Below, piece after piece: positions 15,699 through 29,347 of a DNA stretch of 64,000 bases. Position 1 is the first letter of the stretch. The number at the start of each line of letters is the position of its first letter. The stretch is from contig OX597817.1 in assembly GCA_951406725.2 (NCBI GenBank), forward strand, positions 92,690,001 to 92,754,000, given 5' to 3'. The position numbers were made by a program, and so were the translations under genes. Source of the stretch: Octopus vulgaris (taxonomy: Eukaryota). The notes beneath the pieces were generated by a model. The model had not been told where the DNA came from. It saw only the letters and a program-made list of their open reading frames with translations, and did not search any database.

Positions 15699-15979
15699 TT
15701 TCTATATAATAGAGTATAGAAATTTATACACGGAGAGAATACCACCATGTCGACTTCTAATATGCTGAAAAGTGCAGTCAAAAGCGAAACCACGTTGCGT
15801 GTAGTCGAGCAGGATATGTAAACGAATAAAAATCTCAGTTACCCCTCTACCTATGTGTTTCTGAATTAATGACCAAACAAAACAATTAATTAGTCAATCA
15901 ATTCATTTATTAACCATCCGTGGTTCATCAGTAGAGTCGCTGGGAAATGTATAATTATAAAACTATAATTATGAAACAC

Positions 15980-17600
15980 TTCACTTAGGCGTTCTAGATT
16001 ATCTGCTAATGTTGATATCTTCAACGATAAAGCCATATTTCATAGCTCTTCGTTACTTAAAGCAGGCTATAAAGTATAAAATGTCCGATATTAACGCTAC
16101 TGACATAAATTCTGTCGCTACTCATCAGGACATGAAAACACGTCATAACGGTAATAACAATATAAATTTTAGTTCGAAAAACAACACTAAATCGAAAAAT
16201 GAAAGTTTGCAGTGTAAGGGAGATAACTTTTCTTTAGATCCCACTACACGTAATAAAAATAAGTCTAGGACTTCTCAAGATAATTACCCTAATAACAATG
16301 TCTATCCTAGTAAAACTGTTTGTTTGATAATTCCATATGGTAATCAGATCAAATCCAACCGCTTTTACCAGTTTCGAGAACCTATAGATAACAATTTTCC
16401 AAAATATCCAAGCTACCATTCCATTATTAATTCAAACCGAATCAGGATAGGGTTTCTAAACACAAAAAACCTTTCACAAATCATCTCTTCGCATAACAAA
16501 AGTTGTTAAACTCAAATCCTCTTAACGAAAGTAATAACATTGATATTATTAACGATAATACTTTGAACAATACTTTGAACAATAGTAACAGTAATATTAA
16601 TATTTCTGATAGAAATTCGAATCGTATTCGTTTCTTTAGCAGTAATTCTAAGACTAGAATCTCTGTTTATGAATGAAAAATTACTTCCAGTTCTGAAGTC
16701 TTCTTTTTAAATAGGTAGTCAATCGTCTCAGTTGTCGAAAAAAATAAATAACCATTAATCTACATTTAGACATATCAATAAACGCAACAATACTGAGTAT
16801 AGGACTTTAATTTGGTCTCTAAAGGAATATAATGAACAATTCGATCTGGAATGAAATATTCTATCTAGATCCTTCCCATATGACAAAGTAAATCTTTCTG
16901 CCCGCTCTGTAACGAAGAACAGTTTCTAGTAATTTTTTCGGAGAATACACTTGTAAACATGTTTATCGTCGTAAACTTTGGCAAAACATACCTTTAGTTC
17001 CTATAAGTAAATTCTGACGACCTATAAAATTCGAACTGTAACTGTCATCTTACATTTCATTTTCCCTACATACAACTATTTAAAGCTACATATAACTATG
17101 TGAATGCGCGTGGCTAAGTGGTTAGGGTGTCAGCATGATGACTGTGATTTCGATTCCTGGACCGGGAGACGCGTGGTGTTCTTGAGCAAAACACTTCATT
17201 TCATGTTGCTCCAGTCCACTCAGCTGGCAAAAATGAGTAACACTGAGATGGACTGGCGTCACGTCCAGCTGAGTCACACATACGCCATAGAAACCGAGAA
17301 ACCGGGCCCATGAGCTTGGCTAGGCTTTAAAAGGGCGCATTTATTTATTATTTTAAGTAAGGCAAAGCTATAAAATATGGCTATATCGTTGAAGATATCA
17401 ACATTAGCAATCTTGAAAGTGTAAGTGAAATATTTCTTGTTATAGCCCTTGAATGGTAACTGAAGGAGCTAATGTATTTTAACTTTGTTGATGGTTTATG
17501 ATATGGGGAAGAAGAAAAATTACATAAGTTAAAGGTGATATCTAAAATGTTGGCTTTAGTGATGTTTTCATCGAAAATAATAATGAAGCCCATATTTCGA
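15980..17600. mobile_element. Decayed Penelope-like fragments in both orientations
   Basis: Minus-strand KANILDITFNL...PYHKPSTKLKYISSFSYHS (post-RT region). Plus-strand ...STFRHINKRNNT...IWSLKE...CPLCNEE (endonuclease C-terminus). Confidence 0.5.
17105..17345 (+). mobile_element. tRNA-derived SINE (family B)
   Basis: Box A-like TGGCTAAGTGG and box B-like TTTCGATTCC. Homologous copies at ~38995-39232 (-) and ~53887-54135 (+). Confidence 0.75.
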
Positions 17601-17629
17601 AAAATTTAACCAACCTGTTTTTAATCCTT

Positions 17630-18640
17630 TGTAATGTTTGTTCAGAAACATTATGAAAGGGGCTTAGCTATGTGTCCGCCATTATCACCGATAAAAGCCA
17701 ATATATACTTTAAGAATTTGGCTTTAGGATCAACACTACTAAAAACAAAACACAATGGCTGCTATATGTTGATGACACCTCTATACTCTGGCCCCACCAG
17801 GAAGATGTCCAAGTGCTGTTAGATCATGTGAACTCAATATAGCCATCCATATAGTTCACAAAAGGAAAAAGACAATCATCTAGCATTCCTGGACGTATCA
17901 ATAACACGCACCAAGTATGGATTCAAGACATCCGTATACCGCAAGTCGACCTTCACTGGACGATACCTCAACTTCAATCCCCACCATCAATACAGTGTAA
18001 AGGGAGGGATTGCTCAGTGCCTAAAACATCGAGCAAAGAATATATGTAGCGATCGTGATACACACCAGGATGAAATGATCAAACTCATTAACAATCTATT
18101 AAGCTCCAACTACCCACAAAACATACTATCCACCCCATTTATAAAGAACAGGGTGGATGAAACCAATAAACTATCCACAGTCTGTCTACCCTATATGAAA
18201 AGCCTCTCCGGAAAGATACAAAAAATACGCAGCCCATATGACATCAGGACAGTCTCCAAGAGCAATACAACACTTTGCAAATATCTCCTTCGCTTAAAAC
18301 CACCTATAGTAGAGAATATGACCAAAAACTGCGTGTACTCCACGCCATGCAGCTGTGGTAGGTTATACAAAGGCGAAACATGCTACCCCCTCAAAATAAG
18401 GGGAGAGGAACATCCGCAAAGCTGAGACATGAGGAGATATTGATCAATCGAGTATAGTTGATCATGTATGGAAAAATGGAGACTACCTCTCCCCGTGGGC
18501 TAAAGTTAAAATAATAGACAGAGAACACCACTGAAAAGTACGAAAACTAAAAGAAGCAGCACACATGCTAAGATACAACAACCTCCTAAGCAGACTGAGT
18601 GCCAATATGAATATGGAAGCAGGTATTAAGGAAGGATAGG
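17630..18640 (+). mobile_element. Penelope-like RT plus GIY-YIG pseudogene
   Basis: GLAM..PLSP..ANIYF, LAFLDV, KTSVYRKSTFTGRYLNF and NCVYSTPCSCGRLYKGET, with frameshifts. The motif WLRYVDD is in frame in the inverted copy at 38487-38702. Confidence 0.85.
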
Positions 18641-18675
18641 AAAATATTAGATTTATAAGCCCCAAAATTCACTAC

Positions 18676-18960
18676 GGGCATATGACGTATTGGTTAAGAA
18701 CGCGGTCTACTAACCCAAGATTCCAAGTTCGATTCCAGGCAGTGACCTGAATAATAATAATAATATAAATAATGATATCGAAAAATACCTAAGGAATAAG
18801 AATCCAGTTCCGAAATTTCGCCAAGATACCTAATGAAGGCTGGAGGGTATATAGCCGAAACGTTGTGCTAACAACAAACAAGATGAGGCCAAATATCCGT
18901 CAAATGTAAATAATGTCAAGAATGTACTTAATTCCTCATCTCTCAAATATAGAACAGAAG
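18676..18960 (+). mobile_element. SINE with tRNA-like head and degenerate hammerhead in its 3' part
   Basis: Head TGACGTATTGGTTAAG...AGTTCGATTCC, then (AAT)n, then ATAC-CTAATGA-A-GGCT...AGCC-GAAAC-GTT-GTG at 18826-18868. Confidence 0.6.
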
Positions 18961-18989
18961 AAAAGAGAGCTGATTTTCTGTAACCCTTC

Positions 18990-19860
18990 AGATATGTGAA
19001 GTTGCTTACTGCTTGCAAACGAGCCAGTTTGCTATATGTCTCACTAACAAAAAGTGAAGAAGATAAAAGTGATGTTTGGCGAGAGCATAAACAGAAATTG
19101 CAAACTCTAGCAGGAGTTAAACGCTGTAAGTGAGGATCTGCCACATCAGAGGAGTATTATCGGAAGAGAAACAATAAACCAAATATTTAACCGGAACCAT
19201 GTAGCAGAGTACAAAAGCATCAGAGAAGAAGCAGTAAACAAATAGAAGCTTCTTCACCAGAAGTCAGAAACTCCATCTGGAGAAAAATCTGGAGTGAATA
19301 GATGGAGTTCAACAGAAACGCTCTGTGACTGGAAGAAATTCGAAGAAGTTATTTTCCCTGCATTACACCCAAGACATACAGCATTGATAGTGATACTATT
19401 GTGACTGTAAGCCAGAAACTTCAGGATGCAAGAGCACCTGGAAGAGACTAGACTTTTGGATACTGGTACAAGAAGATAGCCCTCTATCAATCATACCTTA
19501 TAAACCTATACCAGCAGGCTCTCCTTGAGAATAGCAGCATACCACACTGGTTAGATCTGGGAAAGACAAAACTGAAGCCCCAAAAAAGAACCACCTATAT
19601 ATGAAAAAGTACCGACCAGTATCATGCCACAACTTAATGTATAAAATATATGCAACATGTTTAAACCCGTTTCTTCAAGACCATTTTGAATGTTATAACA
19701 TCGTCACAGCAGAAAAAGCAGCTGGAAAGAAGGGGCTCTTGCGATATGATGAACAACTATTGATAAACAAAACTGTAATGTCAGAGGTGCGTGGGTAGAA
19801 GAGGAACCTAGTTTCGATGTCACTGTACTACAAGAAAGACATTGAGTTTCTGCACACATA
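18990..19860 (+). mobile_element. Decayed non-LTR retrotransposon RT N-terminal region (RLE-type clade likely)
   Basis: APGRD, WYKK, KYRPVSCHNLMYKIYATCL and EQLLINKTV motifs with stops and frameshifts. Confidence 0.65.
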
Positions 19861-20280
19861 CACAGATACCACAAAACCGGATATAGCACTCTCCGAACAT
19901 CCCATTTTTAATGTTCAGTTTTGATATCTATTGTTTATTTATTTATTAAATTTTCTAAAATTATAATTCGAATAATGACATCAAGCTAAATATCTCTTTT
20001 AGCTAGAGCTAATCAACCTATGTTTGGATTTTATTATCTCAAAAATTTCTTCCCTACATAATTGACATTTACTATCTGAAATTTGTTAAGCTCTGGCATG
20101 TCTTACAACTTCATATTTAATCTTATAATTTTTCCCATTATCATTTAACATAGATATAAATTTGTTCAAACTAGTATTGTTGATTTTATGCTAATTTCTA
20201 AAACAACTCTCATGTTTCGCATATATATATATAAATTAAGAAATGGAGTCAAACGCAGGTGTTATTCAAATCTTTATACA

Positions 20281-20365
20281 TCCAACATATATTTCGACGA
20301 AAGCACTGATATTATTCCGGAGGGAATAAAAATGATGTAAAATAATGCAATCATCTCGTCAGGAA
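20281..20365 (-). ncRNA. Hammerhead ribozyme-like motif
   Basis: Minus strand TTC-CTGACGA-GATGA...TCGTC-GAAAT-ATAT-GTT-GGA. Confidence 0.55.
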
Positions 20366-21249
20366 AAAAAGAGAAACAAAACACATCAACAAGCCATTTT
20401 AACCGAATGTGATTACCGTGTAATATCCTTGGCACTTATGTGAAATTTTGCTACACTGGTAACTATTTATTTTTTTCCGTGTTATTTGTACACATTGAGA
20501 AAAAACACATACATGTATATACACTTCTTTAATCAGGTTTCCATATAATCTGCAAATAAAATAGTTACCACATTTGAAATTATTTGATATAAACATATCT
20601 CTTAAGAATATACCCATTCCCTTAAGAAAGGTTTTCCTTAAACAACTCATTACCAAGACAAACTCATTTATATGGCTTGCTAGAATTTTACAGTTCACTT
20701 ACAGATTATATTTGTAATGTGCGAAATAACCAAATACGTGACTAGACGCTTTTTGAGTTTGTGTGTATGTATGTGTATGTATGTGTATGTATCTATGTCA
20801 GTATACCCTTGCATTTCCACATTGTCATTTAGGCGGTTATTCACAAAACCAACGGCGCCAATTTATTACTTCGATAAATCTGAATAGTTTGGATATAAAA
20901 GCTGAGGGTTTCGAAACAGTTGTCTTTCTCTTTAATTTCCAAAACATGTTCACATCTACAGGGCAGCTGACTTCTATGAGTATATGTAATTTTTCTTATT
21001 TCTTTACTGCCCACAAGAGGCTAAACACAGAGAGGATAAACAAGGACAGACAAACGGATTATGTCGATTATATCGACCCCAGTCTGTAATTTATTTAAAC
21101 GACCCCGAAAGTATGAAAGCAAAGTCGATCTCGGCGGAATTTGAACTGTAAGCATACCTGTAAGCATTTCTACGGGCGTTGGTAACGTTTCTGCCAGCTC
21201 GACGCCCTTGTATATATAAATTTTCTTGTCTGTCCTAAATACCAATATC

Positions 21250-22930
21250 CGGTCTTTTATGTTTACATTTGGTCATTTTGATGGAAATGTTCCATTAATA
21301 TTCCTTGCGTTGATGTTTATTCAATAGGAGGAGGTTCTCTAAATTTATTCCATAATAGTCTTATTCTTCTGATAGCATTGTATTTTGTTGTATCGACTAT
21401 GTTGTATCGCATAGAGAGCTGGTACTTCGAAGACATATTTGGGCAGCTGCTTACCACGTGGGTGATGTTTTCAACAGAAATGTGACATGCTCTATATTTT
21501 CAGCTCTAAGGCGTCACCCTCTCTTTTTTTATTTGCTGTGAATTTTTTAGCAATCTAGTCTGATGTGATGTAGCTTCGAAGAATCCAAGGAAGGCTGCAC
21601 TTTATGTCAATATTAGCGTGCTTTCAAGTTTTCGAGAAAGGTACGATGCATAGTCTTCGGTGGGGTATGCGGAGCAATTCACGTTAAGGTTTTCTTTCAG
21701 ACATCTGAGTGCAGCTGTTTAGGGGTTGAATGGGAAGTCGACAAGAAGAGAGTGCTTCTTGAGGATCTCACTACCGACATACAGGATATTGTTCTCTTTG
21801 TTATTCAGTACTAAGTTTATGCATTCAGTACTAACTTTATGCAAGCGTTGTATGAGATAGACTCTCCATTGCAAACTGTCTACACCTATCTCAAGCATCT
21901 TCCCACTTCAATTCTTCATGGATAGAGGCAGCCGATATCACTGCCTCTGTGGAAGTTGCCATTTGATGTTGGGATTTTAATGTCAAAGGAGCGGATTTTC
22001 ACTACAAACCTGTCAACTACTTCACTGGTACTGCAAGTGGATTGTCAGGTTATCCATAAAGAAGTTAAGTGTTTTGTTGGTCAATGAGTGTGAAAATTGT
22101 TCGCCAGTCCTTTGTAATCCTCTCAGTGGCAGTAACTAATGCATCAGGTACTTTGTATGTATGTATGCATGTACATATGTATGTAAATATGTATGTATAT
22201 ATGTATGTTATTGCTCAGAACTCTTGCCAATAGAGAAAGATCCGGTTTCTAACCTAGATCTAAGGCTAGATCCGGTTTCTAACCTAGATCTAATGGGAAG
22301 TCGACAAGAAGAGAGTGCTTCTTGAGGATCTCACTACCGACATACAGGATATTGTTCTCTTTGTTATTCAGTACTAAGTTTATGCATTCAGTACTAACAT
22401 TATGCAAGCGTTGTATGAGATAGACTCTACATTGCAGACTGTCTACACCTATCTCAAGCATCTTCCCACTTCAATTCTTCATGGATAGAGGCAGCCGATA
22501 TCACTGCCTCTGTGGAAGTTGCCATTTGATGTTGGGATTTTAATGTCAAAGGAGCGGATTTTCACTACAAACCTATCAACTACTTCACTGGTACTGCAAG
22601 TGGATTGTCGGATATTGAAGTGTATAAGGAGAATTCTGCCATATATTTCGAAGTTTATTATACTAATCTCGGACCACTCTATCTTTATACATACAACATC
22701 TGCATATGATGTGTTTTCATCAAAGCCTAGGTATTTGTACCATTCTTGATGTGGTAAAGAAGACATAGTGAGACCATTGATGCATAAATTATGTGTTTCT
22801 TGGGGACTGATTTTCTACGTGAAACCATCAAATACGAACGTTTGTTTTTATTCAAATTGCATTTCTCTGTGAGTTGAAAATGATAGCTTCAACAATTTAG
22901 TTTTCTCTTTGGCATCTTATAAATCTTAGT
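21250..22930 (-). mobile_element. Decayed non-LTR retroelement fragments with a local duplication (~21730-22260 vs 22292-22610 and 22940-23165)
   Basis: WYKYLG RT C-terminal motif on the minus strand; duplicated blocks seen directly. Confidence 0.45.
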
Positions 22931-23690
22931 ATAAATCTTCAGGTTATCCATAAAGAAGTTAAGTGTTTTGTTGGTCAATGAGTGTGAAAATTGTTCGCCA
23001 GTCCTTTGTAATCCTCTCAGTGGCAGTAACTAATGCATCAGGTACTTTGTATGTATGTATGCATGTACATATGTATGTAAATATGTATGTATATATGTAT
23101 GTTATTGCTCAGAACTTTTGCCAATAGAGAAAGATCCGGTTTCTAACCTAGATCTAAGGCTCCTTCATTGGAATTTCAACATCAAACACAGGGTATTTTT
23201 GTATGTATGTATGTATGTATGTATGTATGTATGTATGTATGTATGTATGTATGTATGTATGCATGCATGCATGTATGTATGTATGTATGTATGTATGTAT
23301 GTATGTATGTATGTATGTATGTATGCATCTATATATATGTGCAGATTTGTATGTTTTGTCTTATGTACATATTCTCAAGCATATAGTTGCATATCTAGAC
23401 ATGCTCATATATATTTAAATGATAAACTTCTGGAAATTTTTGCAGATTTTAAAAGTTCTAGTGATGGATTGGGACAGTAGTCTTCGAATTAGCTTTCTCC
23501 TTTCTGGTTTTGAGAAGCCTAACTTTCTCAAGACTGGTATTTAGGCAATGTGGTACATATCCCAGGGCTCCAATAATTACAGGTAAAAACCTGAACTTGT
23601 AATCTGGATAGAGTAACTGCAGATTTCTCAATAGTTCAGTGTAGGTATCTCTTTTTTACTGATCTTCAGCTTTATGTCAACATCCCGCGC

Positions 23691-23747
<57 letters not shown>

Positions 23748-23756
23748 ACTAACTAC

Positions 23757-23809
<53 letters not shown>

Positions 23810-24396
23810 TAATAACTAATAATGATAATAATAGTATCGAAAAATATCTTAGGAATGAGAACTCAATATATATTTATATATGTAAATAAATGAATTGCAT
23901 GGCTTGGTATTTAAAAGTTATTGACCAAATATTGTCTCTTTGAGTACGGCACAATTATGGCAGTCTGGTCTGACTCTACTGCAACAAGTGAGTATGTCCA
24001 TTAGTGGCCGGCGCAACTCTCTTTCACGATGCAGAAGGTAGTGGGGGAGCATCAGAGCATGTGTTGAGAGGTGGAAGTCATTTTGGGTTTGAATCGCCCA
24101 CAATAGTTGTATATGTTCGCTGGACAAATAAGGGTGGTTATTTCAACATCCAAATAACCCTTATTCAGGGACCTTTTGAGTGGGATGGGTTACTCGACCA
24201 GAAGAAAATTCTAACTGGGTCCCACCTGCAAGGTTATGCACTGCTTATCTTGATATGAGATCACCGTGTTGCGCACATATGGTTGTGATGCATGTGCCTG
24301 GTGTACCCTTATCAGATGGGTAGTCATGATGGGTATACTGGGCTTCGTATATTTTACCCCAGTGTCACTTTGATGGCATGCACTGCTCTCTCACTC

Positions 24397-24454
<58 letters not shown>

Positions 24455-25854
24455 CTAATAATGATAATAATAGTATCGAAAAATACCTTAGGAATGAGAA
24501 CTCAATATATATTTATATATTGTAAATAAATGAATATGCATGGCTTGGTATTTAAAGTTATTGACCTATTGTCTCTTTGAGTACGGCCAATTATGGCTCT
24601 GGTCTGCTCTACTGCAACAAGTGCCAACCAAATGGCCGGCGCAACTCTCTTTCTAGATGTTATATCCAGAAGGCTTTGCAGGGTCAGAGCAGGGAAGGTG
24701 GAAGTCATTTTGTATATGATCGCCCACAATAGTTGTATATGATCGCCCACAAATAAGGGCAAAAGAATATTTCTAATGCCAAATATGCCGAAAAAAAGAC
24801 AAAATTGTCAATATCCATTATAATTTAAGCGTCTCGAAACAAGCCGATAGAAATTTCTAAAAATACCGTTATTATCGTATTGGTCCCAATTTCGGGGTTA
24901 ATTCAATCACACTGTGCGATTGCAGCCTGGGCAAGTGTCTTCTTTTCTAGCTCCGGTTCGAGAAATTCTTGTCAGGTTAAATTTATAAATAACTTATGGC
25001 CAGCATATCAAAAAATACCTTAAAATGTTAAATTGATAACTAACTTATAAAATAAGGTCAAAAGAAAAATTCTAATGCCAAATATGCCGAAAAAAAGACA
25101 AAATTGTCAATAACCATTGTAATTTTTGCGTCTCGAAACAAGCCGATAGAAATTTCTAAAAAGGCCGTTATTACCGTATTGGTCCCAATACGATTCTCTC
25201 ACTCTGTGAAAGTTTCTAGTTCGAATCACACGTTTCTCGAGATGTGCCGAAGATTTTCTATTTTGGATATATTTGGGGTACTTAGGTCTGCTCAGGACTT
25301 ACTGCTTGCTTTTTCCATGGGTATGAGTAAGTATTTCAATTATGTCTAACGTAAGATACTAAAATTTATTAGAATCCTTAGGAAAAAAACTACCTGAAGG
25401 ATATTTATTTAAAATTCGCAAACTGAATTATGGCCGTTAAATGGTAAACGACATTAGAAACACCTAGAGCATTAGTAGTCTCTATTCTCCCTACTCTACT
25501 AACTGTAGCCTACTAACTTTAACCAAAATACATTCAAATATGCCTAAGTTAAATTCTTCATAATGGGAATGATTTATGGCTCTGACATATGTACTACCCG
25601 TTCCTCTATAAATAGAAAAATTTCTTGTTTGTTTCCATTGAACGAAACGAAGAAACCCCCTCCCCCATTGATAAATCTAAATAACAACGTGAACTCAGTG
25701 ATAAAAAATCTACAGATGGAGAAGGACCTTCTACTACCATGTTCTTAATGATAAAATTAACCTCTCTGTCTATATATCTACCCTCTTTCTAATGTTGGCA
25801 AATGAAATATGTATAAAAATGTACATTGTGCATTTAATTAAAACATTTCTATAA

Positions 25855-25940
25855 GTGGCTGAAGATTGCTTTACATTTTAAAACTGATGTAATACTTACA
25901 TTGTTTAATAAAATGAAGTAGCATGAAACGATTGTACTAC
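25855..25940 (+). ncRNA. Degenerate hammerhead-like motif
   Basis: GTGG-CTGAAGA-...-GAAAC-GATT-GTA-CTAC, with imperfect stem II. Related copy at 37405-37490 (-). Confidence 0.5.
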
Positions 25941-26091
25941 ACGACCTTGGATATCCTTGTTGCTTATTTTGATTATAATCGTCCCATTTGATTTATATGG
26001 ATAATACCATACCAAATTCTGATGCCTTTAACTTAAGTACCATACACATCTGAATCTAAATTTTGCTGAACTTATATATACATATATATGC

Positions 26092-26122
<31 letters not shown>

Positions 26123-26573
26123 AGCAGTATCGCCCGGCGTTGCTCGGGTTTGTAAGGGAAATAATTATATAAACATTTTAGAGATGTAAAGTATAATAGC
26201 CATCTCAATATGGCTAACCACAAAGGGGGAGGGGTGTTACTGTAGCTTTTTACGTTCTGAGATTTAATAATAAATTTTAGAGAGTTACTTCCTTATATAT
26301 GTCAAAAATGGATTAAAAATGGGAAAAATTGATGGTAAATTTTTTTTTAAATCGTAGACTCATCGTAGACGCGCGCTAATGCCCAGACGGTCTCGATATG
26401 AATCACGACTATAAGATACCCGGTTTTGGTTAAACTGCACCGCAAAATGTGGGAGTAGTTAGGAATCTAAATCGTAGGAGACAGACACACAACCTCACTT
26501 TTATATATAAAGATTTCCTCTATTTACATAATATTGAGGTCTCTTTCTTTCTTTTGTTATCTTACTGTTTTTA

Positions 26574-26613
<40 letters not shown>

Positions 26614-26685
26614 TATATATAGTTACAGAGATGTACTTGCATAGCAAGTGACTTGATCTGAGATCGTGTGCTGGAACGAAAACAG

Positions 26686-26944
26686 TTGCAGCGTTGAAGG
26701 TGTTTATAAGCCATTTAAGAAACACACAAAAACCGTTAGATTCACTTCAACATTTAAATATAATTTGTCAAAATATTTTCGTCGCTTTGAGACCGCGACC
26801 TGTTAGCACGATATTTTTGTCAGTGAACAGGTCGCGGTCTCAAAGCGACGAAAATATTTTGGCAAATTAAATTTAAATGTTGAAGTGAATGTAACGGTTT
26901 TTGTGTGTTTCTTAAATGGCTTACAAACACCTTCCACGCTGCAA
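26686..26944. repeat. Fold-back with ~120-bp arms and ~20-nt spacer; second copy at ~30410-30667
   Basis: TTGCAGCGTTGAAGGTGTTT...GACCGCGACCTGTT and AACAGGTCGCGGTC...AAACACCTTCCACGCTGCAA. Confidence 0.9.
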
Positions 26945-26962
26945 TATATATATACACACATA

Positions 26963-26993
<31 letters not shown>

Positions 26994-27304
26994 GTGTATA
27001 TGTGTATGCATGTATGTGTGTGTGTGTGCGTGTCTGTGCTTGTGATTGTCCTCCACCACTGCTTGACAACGAATGTTGGTTTGTTTACATCCCTGTCACC
27101 TAGTGGTTTGACAAAGGAAACAGATAGAATAAGTACAATGCTTACAAAAATAAAACTGGAGTTGATTCATTAAACTACAATTCTTCAAGGCATTGCCCCA
27201 GCATGGCCACAGACCAATGGCTGGAAAAAGCAGAAGAATAAAAGAATACATTCTCTGCTTTGGTCAAGGCATGAGAAAGCTTGAGTTTACATGAGAAGGC
27301 CTAA

Positions 27305-27572
27305 CAGACCTGGTAGAAACAGCAGCCAAATCTCCCTCAAATCACACCTTACTGTCTTATGTATGTATATATATATGAGCCAATGAGGGGGACCTCTACA
27401 TGGTAGCTAGACCTGGTAGAAATAGCAGCCAAATTTCCCCCAAATCACACCTTACTGTCTTATCTATGTATATATGTATGTATGAGCCTATGAGGGAGAC
27501 CCCTACATGGCAGCTAGACATGGTAGAAATAGCAGCCAAATCTCCCTCAAATCACACCTTACTGTCTTATCT
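27305..27572 (+). repeat. ~107-bp minisatellite (3 motif copies here, 4 at ~30985-31358)
   Basis: AGACCTGGTAGAAATAGCAGCCAAATCTCCCTCAAATCACACCTTACTGTCTTAT recurs. ORF starts at 31079, 31186 and 31293 show the 107-bp period. Confidence 0.9.
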
Positions 27573-27634
27573 TTCTGCTACTTGGATATAGGTCTTATAT
27601 TCGTCGTAAAAAACTTTCCTGTCACACACTCACG

Positions 27635-27665
<31 letters not shown>

Positions 27666-28084
27666 GCACCCTCACACAAACACACACGCACACACACACA
27701 CACACACACTCACACACACGCACGTTAGCTTACAATTTTATTTATATATTTGCGTGTGTATGTGTGGAAAGAGGAAGTGGGAGGCAGAGTGAAAGAATCA
27801 CTCACTACAGTAAGTCAATTACTTTCATTTTATTCGTTGCCCACTGTGTGTGTGCGTTTGCGTGTGGTGTAAACCAGACTAAGAAAAGCATTTGACACAC
27901 ACACCAGAATGTGAGTTTTCTGTAAATTTTGCTTAATTGGAGTTTAAATTTTAAAAACTGGACCTGGCATGACGCGATGCATTGTACTCTTAAAAATGCT
28001 AGGTAAATTGTAATTGAAGAAATCCTATATTGTAGATTTGTATAACTCCCAAAGGGAGGCAGATAAAATCTGCCTTTTATAATA

Positions 28085-28178
<94 letters not shown>

Positions 28179-28265
28179 TATATATATATAGTATATATAT
28201 ATATATAGTATATATATAATATATCTATATTATATATATATATATAAATAGTATATATATAAATA

Positions 28266-28337
<72 letters not shown>

Positions 28338-28547
28338 AATATTTGAGTAGTTGAATGAATTATCTTATTAAGGATAATTCGAATTAACCGATACCTGGGT
28401 AGCAAATTCACATCAGAAAAAACACGGTTGAAGTTACGTGCCTAGGGCATAGATTACGTGCTTTCGTGTGGAAATTTGTATGTTTATTTTAAAAATATAA
28501 ATATATGAAAGAATGGAGCTGAACGACGAATTAACAAAATTCCTTTA

Positions 28548-28630
28548 TTTTCGACATATGTTTCGAAGGCTGCATATTCCTAATTGCGAAGGAATAAGGA
28601 GTACATTATGCCGCGTTCTCATCAGGAAAA
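28548..28630 (-). ncRNA. Canonical type I hammerhead ribozyme motif
   Basis: Minus strand TTTTC-CTGATGA-GAACGCGGCAT...ATGCAGCCTTC-GAAAC-ATAT-GTC-GAAAA with a GUC triplet. Lies inside inverted termini 28487-28542 and 29208-29266. Confidence 0.8.
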
Positions 28631-29262
28631 GCAAGGCACTTATGTCAACATCAAAATGCACAAAAAACTTTTAGATGATTGCTCACACGGAGCCCATAGC
28701 GATAATGAGTGTCTCTTTAAAATATTCCTTTATAAGGAGTGACGTCAAAATGGTTGGATGTAGAAGATTCTAGAAAGTTCTAAAGATTCAAGGGTTCGAA
28801 CGAAGTTGGAGGAGAGAGGCATAAGAATAGGAAGGTGAAAGAGTGCAGGTCATATGAATGGTGAATTGTGTTAATTTCTTTTGTGAATGAGTGCCTGTGT
28901 GTGTGACTGTATATAACTGCATTAATGTGTATGTGTGTGCGTGATTGTGTATGTGGATGGGTAGATGTCAGAAAACAGACAGTGGTGAGGTGAGAGGTTT
29001 GTGTCTGTGTGTTTGATCGTGCTTACTATAGATAGAGGGAAATAGAGAGAGAAAAAGAGGAGGGCGAGGTAGAGGGACAAAGGCAACACATACCTCACTG
29101 GGTTGGGTAGTAGTTCTTTGAAAGTATAAAAAAATTTTTATGACTATGGGGGTGAAATAAATATAAAAAGAAGTTATATTAATTGAAATTCAAGGGGTTA
29201 TCTATAAGAATTTTGTTGATTCGTCGTTCAGCTCCATTCTTTCATATATTTATATTTTTAAA

Positions 29263-29337
<75 letters not shown>

Positions 29338-29347
29338 TATATATATA

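Larger units (their letters stand above)
7365..23690 (+). repeat. Left arm of a large interrupted inverted duplication
   Basis: Reverse-complement matches: 7365-8347/50005-49021, 8357-10579/46716-44499, ~15145-15190/~44040-44004, 15190-17835/40780-38503, 22937-23686/38503-37770. Confidence 0.92.
26121..28089 (-). mobile_element. Composite Helitron-like unit, copy 1 (core Helitron 26121-26513)
   Basis: 3' hairpin plus CTAG at 26121, inner TC start at 26513, outer TC...TATAAAA start at 28089. The whole block is duplicated at 29838-31859. Confidence 0.65.

Noticed and set aside
17105-17175. tRNA genes at the SINE heads
   Set aside because: No complete cloverleaf, and each continues into a shared SINE body.
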